DNA of 64,000 nt from Azolla caroliniana (Eukaryota; Plantae; Polypodiophyta): contig JBHGNT010000022.1 in assembly GCA_043228905.1 (NCBI GenBank), forward strand, positions 9,176,001-9,240,000, in the 5' to 3' direction. The notes beneath the pieces were generated by a model. The model was not told where the DNA came from. It searched no databases and saw only the letters and a list, made by a program, of their open reading frames with translations. Position 1 is the stretch's first letter. Each line of letters begins with the position of its first letter. Both the position numbers and the translations under genes were made by a program. Of this stretch, positions 54,901-64,000 are shown one piece after another.

Positions 54901-56836
54901 CGTCAACCGCTACAAAGCGCGACTCGTAGCGAAAGGCTACGCCCAAACGCACGGAGTTGACTATGAGGAAACCTTTGCCCCGGTTGCAAAGATGACAACG
55001 GTGCGGGCTGTAATTGCGCTTGCCGCAACGAAAGGGTGGCACCTCCATCAAATGGACGTCAAGAATGCCTTTCTATAAGGCGAATTAGAAGAGGAGGTGT
55101 ACATGATACAACCACCCGACTTCAACTCGAGCACCCATCCGAAAGCTGTATGCCGACTCAAGAAGCCACTCTATGGCCTCAAGCAAGCACCGCGTGCTTG
55201 GCATTCAAAGATAATGCAATATCTTCATCAAATTGGCTTCCGTATGTCAAAATCGGACAACTCCCTCTACATACGAAGCGATTCCGCAAGTCCGCTCGTC
55301 ATCATCTTATATGTGGATGACCTAGTCATTGGAGGTGAGCATCTCATCGAAATCAATAAGGTCAAATCCCTCCTTTCCGACAAGTTCGAGATGACGGACA
55401 TGAAGGAGCTCCACTACTTCCTCGGCATCAAGGTAATTCAAACGCCGGCCGGAATCATGATCTCTCAACAACACTACATCCTCAACTTGTTATACAAGTT
55501 CGGTATGGCTGAGTGCAAATCCGCCACAACCCCGCTCGATCGCAATCTCAAACTGGATGCAAACTCTGGCACCAAAGCGTGTGAGCCGACTCAGTATCGG
55601 CAACTCATAGGGAGTCTCATCTACCTCACGATCACTCGACCCGATCTCAGTTATCCGGTCGGTCTCCTTGGTCAATTCATGCAAACAGCGCGTGATACTC
55701 ACTTGGATTGCGCTAAGCGAGTTCTACGATATGTGAGCGGCACAATGTATTGCGTCATCCTCTACAAGACCACATGCCAATATGCCTCGAGGGGTACACA
55801 GACGCCGATTGGGCCGGCTACAAAGCTGATAGAAGATCAACCTCCGGATTTGTTTTCTCCCTCGACAGTGGAGCAATATCCTGGAGCAGCAAAAAGCAAC
55901 CAACCGTCGCTCTTTCGAGCACAGAGGTGGAATACAGGGGCGCTGCAGTGGCCGCATGTGAAGCCGTATGGCTCAAAAGGATACTCAAGGATCTAGGCGT
56001 ACCCATCAAGGATCCGAATTCCCTTTACTGCGACAACATGAGCAATATCTATCTGGCTTGGAACTCGGTGTTCCACGCATGGACAAAGCACATCGAAGTG
56101 CACTATCACTTCATCCGAGAGCGTGTTCTAGCTGGCAATGTCGACCTACAACACATTAGCACCAATCTTGAAACGGGTGACATCTTCACTAAAGCCTTAG
56201 GAGCCGACAAGCTATGGCAATTCATGACCGATCTCGGATTGACGATCCCTGACCTGCCAAGCTTGAGGGGGAGCACTGAAGACATTACGCAATAACGTGT
56301 GGATTCTGGAAACCACGCACACTACGCAAAGCCACGAAGAGCCGATCTACCGCACAAAGCCGCGAAGAAAGACGCAAGCCGAAGCACAAACTTCGCAACT
56401 ATGCACAACGCAAGTTGGAGCACGGATTCCGCAACTCCGCATAAACGCGAGTCGACGCGGACTCCGGAATGCGAGTCGAAGCGGATTTTGGATACCGTCT
56501 GAAACCGACCCGACTTGAGCTTGAGGGGGCATGTTGAGAATCAAGCTCAACTTGGTCTAGTGTGTGAACTCACCTTGAGAGTGAATAGACACTCCAACGG
56601 TCAAGCGTCACCATTATGTCACCTCTTTGTATTCTAACATTTAGTATGAGTCATAGAATCATATTGTATGACACATAACTTATGAGCTTTCACATTCCCC
56701 ATGCTCCATGAGTCATGTAGTTAATGAAGAGAGAGGGTGACTATATAAAGCACCCTCCTCCCTCCTTGTATAATGTTGTGTCTTTCTCCTTTGTTAATAT
56801 ACTTAACCTTGCGTATACGCTGTGTGTGTGTGTGTG

Positions 56837-56871
<35 letters not shown>

Positions 56872-56941
56872 ATCTCATACACAAACACACACAGTTCACA
56901 CCTATTCCGCTTCACAAGAATCCATCTGTTGATTCTTTACA
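45638..56941 (+). mobile_element. Ty1/Copia element with internal deletion and nested Gypsy
   Basis: LTRs 45638-46029 and 56532-56941, TSD GTTGA on both sides, PBS TGGTATCAGAGC at 46030. Gag from 46189, IN split at 47721/54144, RT-RH ~54780-56295. Confidence 0.96.
47722..54143 (+). mobile_element. Ty3/Gypsy element (tRNA-Trp primed) nested in Copia integrase
   Basis: 649-bp LTRs 47722-48370 and 53495-54143 (TGTCG...CGACA), TSD ACGT, PBS TGGTGAACCTGATGTGAA at 48375-48392. Gag, PR (ALVDHGSEINLM), RT (DLYLGYDQ, TLPQGGTNS, FLDD), RNase H (VDTSP) and IN (ADRGE, NGKVERGH, GPY). Confidence 0.96.
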
Positions 56942-57572
56942 GTTGAGAATACTTGGAAAATATGTGGCACATCATTGTACGTATGATATGTGACATATGA
57001 TAGCTATGTATGTAACAATCATGTTACACATGCAAATAAACACTTACGTACATGCACAAACCCGAGTAAACATGAACATGCATACACAAATTGTTTTACA
57101 TGAAGATGAGCAAAAACATAAAATCACATCAAGTGCGCCTATAAGAAGAAGACCATGTTTTGGCACTCTCAATTATCGGGGAAGAAGCTTACTCTCCCGC
57201 ACACAAGTGTGCATGTTTACAAGTATTGAAGCTGCACAATAAGGAAAAGATTGGTAGTAGCACGACATGCCATCTTGCATATGCAAAATCTAGCAAACCG
57301 CCATCATCAACACCAACAACAAGCTACTTCCCTAGTTCTAGTCCCCAACGATCCCACTCAACATTTCACACCCAAGCATATTTTCGCAACAATGTTCGAG
57401 AATTGAAATGACTTAAAGATATATTTTTATTAGATATTTTGCATATATTTAAGATGCCGAACACTCCTTTTGGAAGAATTTTGTAGGTCTTAGAGATACA
57501 CTTGCATTGGTAATATCTTTAAAGAGAAGTAGATAACTTACATAACAGGTTCTACATTTTACCATTGTGATT

Positions 57573-60500
57573 TGTAAAGAGGAGCAAGAGTGGCTGAGAT
57601 GCAGCAGAAGGACTATGTGTACATATGGCAAAACAGAGTGAGAGAGAGAGAGTGAGAGAGAGTTTAAGATAGAGATAACTGTATATTACATCCAATAGTA
57701 ACAAGGTTACAAAGGGTTGGTTTAAATACCAACTAAACTAGGGCAAGGGCCCTTTCTACTATTTACAAAACTAGCATGGTATGTCCATGAGCTAGTGTGA
57801 AACCTATTTCTATGGGAAGTTGAGTTCGATTCTCAACACGCCCCTTCGAACACAACTTCCAGATATCAAAAAATTGTTTCGGATCGGTCTTCGGAACGCT
57901 TTGAACTTCGATTGTTTGGCTTCACTGTTTTGTACTCCCCCTCAAGTTCGGCTGGTCGGGAAGAGATAAGCCAAGGTTCGACGCAAACTGCTGTAGCTTG
58001 TTGATACCAAGGGCTTTCGTGAAAATGTCAGCAACTTGGAGGTGTGTACTGATATGTTGTAAATCGATATCTCCGGCATGTACGCGGTCGTGGATGAAGT
58101 GGTAGTGCACTTCGACATGCTTAGTCCGCGCTAGGTAGATACTGCTCATGTTGTCGCAGTATAGATGAATCAGATCCTTGATGGGTACGCCCAGATCCTT
58201 CAGAATACGCTTGAGCCATACAGCTTCGCACGTGGCGACCGACGCGCCTTTGTATTCGGCCTCTGTGCTCGACAGTGCGACTGTTAGTTGATTCTTGCTA
58301 CTCCATGAGATTGCTCCGCTATCGAGGGATAAAACGGACCCTGATGTTGACCGTCTATCCGCTTTATAACTTGCCCAGTCCACATCTGTGTACCCTTCAA
58401 GTTGAATTATCATATTTGACCTGTATTTGACGCCGTAATCCATTGTACCACTGGCGTACCGAAGTACCCTCTTAACGCAGTCAAGATGAAGGTTTCGCAG
58501 ATTCTGCATGAATTGGTTGAGTAGGCCGACCGAGTAGCTGAGGTCGGGTCATGTAATGGTTAGGTAGATAAGGCTGCCGATCAATTGGCAATATTGAGTT
58601 GGCTCACACTCCACGTTGGCAGAATCAACATCAAGCTTGAGATTACAGTCCAACGGGGTGGACACAGGTTTGCACTCTGTCATCCCGAACTTTTAGAGTA
58701 AGTTGAGGATGTAGTGTCATTGTGAGATCGTTATCCCGATTGGTGTCTGAATTACTTCGATGCCTAAGAAGTAATGTAGCTCGTGCAGGTCTTTCATTTC
58801 GAATCTGTCGGAGAGAAGTGATTTGACCTTGTTAATCTCGGCTAGATCTTTTCCTCCGATGACCAAATCATCCATGTAAAGGATGATGACAATCGGGCTA
58901 TCCAACTCGTTTTGGATGTACAGAGAAGTATCGGATTTTGACATTCGAGTGATGAAGATACTGTGCGATCTTCGAGTGCCACACACGTGGTACTTGTTTG
59001 AGGCCGTAGAGAGGCTTCTTGAGTCAGCACATGACGTTCAGATCATTGCACAATTCAAAACCGGGTGGTTCGATCATGTACACCTCCTCTTCCAATTTTC
59101 CTTGAAGGAAGGCATTCTTGACGTCCATCTGGTGGAGGTGCCACCGTTTTGCTGACGAGATGGCAATTATGGTTTGCACAGTTGTCATCTTTGCCACCGG
59201 GGCAAAGGTCTCTTCGTAGTCTACGCCGTGGGTTTGTGCATATCCTTTCACAACAAGACGTGCTTTGAAGCGGTTTATAGAGCCATCAGCATTGTGTTTT
59301 ACTTTGTAAATCCATTGGCAACCAATTGCTTTCTTGTGTAGAATGTGAGGAACGAAATCCCATGTCTCGTTTTTGCATAGGGCTTGCATTTCTTCATTCA
59401 TCGTGTCGACCCATTGCAGATCCTTTACGGCTTCGGAAAGGGTTTCCCGCTGCCGTACTAACGCTACCTTCATCATAAAGGCGTAATGGTACACCCTGTA
59501 CTCATTGTAGCCGTAACGGCTTGTGGGGTTCTTCTCTCGGGTGGACTGGCGTAGCTTTTCGTTCGCAGATACTAAGGCTTTCTTCGCTCCATTTTTCCGG
59601 ATGTCGAGGCCTTCGAACTCACTATCGAGGGAGTAAGTCGATTCATTGCCGTCAAAGTGATCGTCTTCATACTCCACCATTTTCGCCTTCCCTTTGTTCA
59701 GCTTCAAACTCGACCGAGATGTGCTTTGATCACTCGGAGGTTCTTGTGGCCCACTTAATCGGGTCGTGATTGGACTTTCGTCGAACATGCACGTAACTCG
59801 ATCTTTGGCTTCTGCCTCTATTTCGGCGTATTCCGGGTTGAGCGGAGTCGGAGTCGAAGTTGTCTATGGTGCGTACCAGGATGCGGACTCGTCGAAAACA
59901 ACATCTCGACTTGTTCGAACTTTTTGGGTAGATGGATTGTAGGATTTGTACCCTTTCTGTTCGAGCGAGTACCCCACGAGGATACATTTCTCCGACTTTG
60001 GGTCGAGCTTTTGTCGCGTATCATTGGGAATATGCACATAAGCGATTGAGCCAAAAATATGAACATGTGATAAGTCCGGCTTCTTACCAAAAAAATTCTC
60101 ATGGGGGGTTGCGTCGTGTACCTGTTCATGAGGTATACGGCCGTTTTCGCCGCTTCTGCCCAATATGATTTCGGTAGGTTCTTCTCGTTCATCATTGCCC
60201 GTGCTACCTATACTATGTGCCGGTTCTTCCGCTCGGCTACACCATTTTGCTGAGGTGTGTGACGACATGAAAATTCTTGTCGGATTCCTTTTGGAGATAC
60301 GTCGTAACCTCATCCGAAAAATATTCTTTGCCTCCATTTGATTGAAGGCAGCGTACGTGCCGACCCGTAGTTTTTTAGACTTCGGACTTGAACCTCCGCA
60401 AGTGTTTGAACACTTTGCTCTTCTGTCTCATCGGGTAGATCCAAGTGTGCCTGGAGAAGTCGTCGATGAACGTGACGTAATATCCACATCCGCCGACTGT

Positions 60501-62468
60501 GCTAGTCTAGGCCGGTCCCCATACATATGAATGTATGAAATCCAGGATCCCTTTGCTCACATTCCGCTCTTTTGGGAATGGGTGACGACCTTGCTTTCCG
60601 AATTGACATGCTTTGCATACGCCCGTAATCTCCTTCGTCGTAAAGTTCGGGAATCCAATTACGACTCCTTTCGATTGCATGTTCTGAAGTTTTTGGAGAT
60701 TGATGTGGACGATTCTTTTGTGCCACAAATTTAAGTCCGTTTCAACTTTGAGGCCCTTTGCGAACATGGATGACTTTACCTCGTTTGATTCGAGAATAAA
60801 CATACGGCTTTCTCATCGACCGTGAGCTACGACTTGACCGTCCGTTTCGATGAAGCACCCGTTGTCGTTGAATCGTACTTGCATTCCTTGTTCGACAATC
60901 TGGCCGACTGAGACCAGGTTTTTCATGATGGTAGGAACATGCAATACGTTCTTGAGGTAGGTTTGTTTGCCGTTGTTTCCGAATGGGACGTTCTCAATAT
61001 GCTGTATTGGATGGGTCGTGTCATCGCCGGTCTCGACATAACTGGGACGTTTGGGTTTTCGTAATTCCGGAAACCAATCTTCATGAGACGTCATGTGCTT
61101 GGATGCTCCCGAGTCAACAAACCATACATTCTCTAAGGGCGTGGTGCTTGTTTCACCTTGAGTCGCCATTGAGTGCGCTTTATGCCTCATCATGAACATT
61201 CCACTACGATCGTCGTAGTCAGAATTCGATGTGTAATTCGTGAACATTCGACCGGTCGAAGCAGAGTCTCGCTTCTTCTTTCGGCACTCCTCTTTGTAGT
61301 GTCCGAGTTTTCCATAGTATACGCATTCGATTGGGTTATTGTGATTGCTTGGTCCGGTGTGATGGCTCCCCCTTCTACCGAACTCTCTAGAGTTGTTCTT
61401 GTCCACTTGCCATTGGTGGGAGTTACACTCTTGGATCTGCGGACCATGACGGCCTTGTCCGAATCGACCTCTATTTCCACGACTGAAATTTCTTCTATCA
61501 TCCGACTAGGAGTAGAGCATCTGATCCTCTAGTGCATTGCTCCTTTGTCGAGCGTGATTTTCCTTGACTAGAGATTGAAAAAGGTGGGAGGATTCTCTCT
61601 TGCGAGGACGATGGACCTTATTGTGTTGAATCGAGGTGCCAAGCCACCGAGGCATATTTGCACCATTTCTTCGTCGTCAATGGCAACATTGATCGACCTG
61701 AGGGCATTGCACAACTCCTTGATCTTCAAGGTGTAACTGCCGATTCACATGTCCCTTTGTTCAATGTCCTTCAACTCCTGACGAAGTTGGAGCTTCCGGG
61801 CAGCCGTATTGGCCACGAAGATATTCTTGAGATTGCCCCATGCTTCTTTCGGTGTTTTCGCCTCTCGAATATAGCCAAGCATGTGATCATGTACGCATGA
61901 TGCAAGGCAATACAACACACGGCTTGTAGCCAGCTCCCACACTGGGTAGTTGGCGTGTGTCGGGTTGGGATGCGTTTCGTGAGCTCCTTCAATATAGCTC
62001 CAGTATCATTGTCTGACAAGGTACTGATGCATCTTGTACTCCCAAGATGTGAAATTAGTCTTGTCGAGCTTCTCCGTAGGAAGGGAACTTCCCATTTGAG
62101 TATTCATGGTGATTTCTTCTTTGTTAATAAGCCGGTTCTATTCATCGTCGGTTTGTACCACAACACAGTCGAATAGATTTGATTAAGCAACCACACGCTC
62201 TAATACCATGTAAAGAGGAGCAAGAGTGGCTGAGATGCAGTGGAAGGATTGTGTGTACGTAAGGCAAAACAGAGAGAGAGTGTGAGAGAGAGCTTAAGAC
62301 AGAGATAATTGTATATTACATCCAACAGTAACAAGGTTACAAAGGGTTGGTTTAAATACCAACTAAACTAGGGCAAGGGCCCTTTCTACTATTTACAAAA
62401 CTAACATGGTATGTCCATGAGCTAGTGTGAAACCTATTTCAATGGGAAGTTGAGTTTGATTCTCAACA
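57573..62468 (-). mobile_element. Ty1/Copia element, full domain set, degenerate
   Basis: LTRs 57573-57838 and 62209-62468, flanks TGATT/TGATC, PBS TGGTATTAGAGC at 62197-62208. Gag, PR (WFVDSGAS), IN, RT and RNase H fragments. Confidence 0.95.
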
Positions 62469-62535
62469 TGATCATTCAAAAAGTTATTTTTTTTATGGAA
62501 TAAGTGTGAAGTTTAAAAATTATTATAAAGGTTAG

Positions 62536-62660
62536 TATTGAGAATCAAACTCAACTTAGTCTAGTGTGTGAACACACCTTTACGAATTTCACTATTTAAT
62601 GTTTCTATATCAAATAGTGACGAGCTCACCACCACCTTGTAACATAACTAATGTGTCAAG
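62536..62660 (+). repeat. degenerate Copia LTR remnant
   Basis: TATTGAGAATCAAACTCAACTTAGTCTAGTGTGTGAAC resembles the start of the LTR at 45638. Confidence 0.6.
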
Positions 62661-62794
62661 TTATATTCTATGACCACCACCCTGAGAAAGAGGTGGAGAC
62701 TTAAATGCCTACTACCTATGCTAATTTGCATGTCAAGATTTTGTGTGTCATTTGAGTGTATATTTAGCATATTTGTTGCATCATTAGTTGTATT

Positions 62795-64000
62795 TGTTGG
62801 GAAATCGGTTTCTCCGGATGGGACCCGATGATGAATGAAGAGGACTTGGTGAGAACCGGAAGAGATCCGGAAACCGGAGGAGACCCGGTGAGAACCGGAA
62901 GAGAGACATATTTGTAAATATGTCTTGAGCAAGCCTATTGAGGCTATATTTGTAAATAGACCTAAGTTCATATAAGTATAAATATGACTTAGGGCAATCA
63001 CTTTATGTGTGTGTTATTATTATTGTTGTTAGATATTGGTGTACAGAGTGAGAGCGACTTAGAGAGAGTGTGAGATACAAAGAAATACTCTGTTGTAACC
63101 GCCGATTGGCGATGAAACAGAGCTTGAGGTCGTTGCCTCCAAGTCTCTGATTGTACCCTCTTTTCTTCATAGTGATAGTTGGAGTCTGTGGGCTCCCGTG
63201 GTTTTTCCCATTCAGGGTTTTCCACGTAAACATCCTGCGTACTCTCTTTTGTGTGTACTTCTATTCCCATTCCTATGTTGCACTCTTATCGAAGTAATTC
63301 AAGACTTGGTCGTGGCCGAGCAGTATTCCGCGCTATTCCTAACAAACTGGTATCAGAGCGAACAACACAGGAAATGGAAGAATCATTCGGCGACATGTTC
63401 AAGGTCACCGACTCCAACTACTCAATGTGGAAGTCGAAGATGTGGGATATGCTGGTGGTTAAAGATCTTTGGTTGCCGGTTCAATTCGGGGACAAGAGAC
63501 CAGATAAGATTGATGCCGTAGTGTGGGAGGTGATGCACATGAAGACGACGACATACATCCGGTGGCTCATCGACATGAGCCCGTACAACAACTTCAATGA
63601 AGAGGGCAAGGCTCATGAACTTTGGAAGAAGATTGGCATCATGTTCTAGAACAAGAATGCCGTTAATCGGGTTTTGGTATTCCGGAAGCTAGTGAGGCTC
63701 CGGTACCAGAACGACTCCAATATGGCGGAGCACATGAATGCCTTCCAGGGGCTGATACATCAAGCAACCTCGTTGGAAGTACCTCTCGCCGATGAGGTAC
63801 TCGCATTGCTCTTGCTTGGTTCCCTCCCGGATAGTTGGGAGAAGTTAATTGTCACGTTGGGCAACGCCAGGCCGGAAGGAAAACAATTGTCCCTAGCAAG
63901 GGTAAAATCAAGCTTGCTGGATGAAGAAGCTCGTCGGAAGGACCGGGAGTCTGGAACCGATCCGAAGGCCTTGTTCACGGAAGATGACCACAACCGAGGA
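62795..64000 (+). mobile_element. Ty1/Copia 5' part (LTR, PBS, gag), continues beyond the window
   Basis: LTR TGTTGGGAA...TTCCTAACA at 62795-63344, PBS TGGTATCAGAGC at 63348. Gag from 63374 (NYSMWKSKM, LLLGSLPDSW). Confidence 0.9.

Overview
Eukaryotic land-plant DNA, probably from a non-seed plant such as a fern or lycophyte (inferred from the retroelement lineages). About 85% of the window is nested transposons: three Ty3/Gypsy elements plus a non-autonomous Gypsy derivative, five Ty1/Copia copies or fragments and an L1-type LINE. One intact host gene is present, a 5-exon serine decarboxylase-like PLP enzyme at 39107-42276 (-). The main finding lies at about 7958-19441. Removing the inserted LTR element leaves a compact, decayed cassette of four parts: a Sola-like DDD transposase on the minus strand; a divergently oriented unknown spliced gene; a regular 51-bp-period array of 25-bp palindromes in that gene's first intron; and a 4-intron gene fusing a ParB/Srx-like domain to a prokaryotic-type beta-class N6A/N4C DNA methyltransferase. 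This looks like a plant DNA transposon carrying its own phage/bacterial-type DNA amino-methylation module. Secondary findings include a tRNA-Trp-primed Gypsy family that inserts at ACGT with 4-bp TSDs, a self-priming chromovirus, and tRNA-like Pol III boxes in the LTRs of two Gypsy families. All calls come from manual motif reading; no database searches were run.
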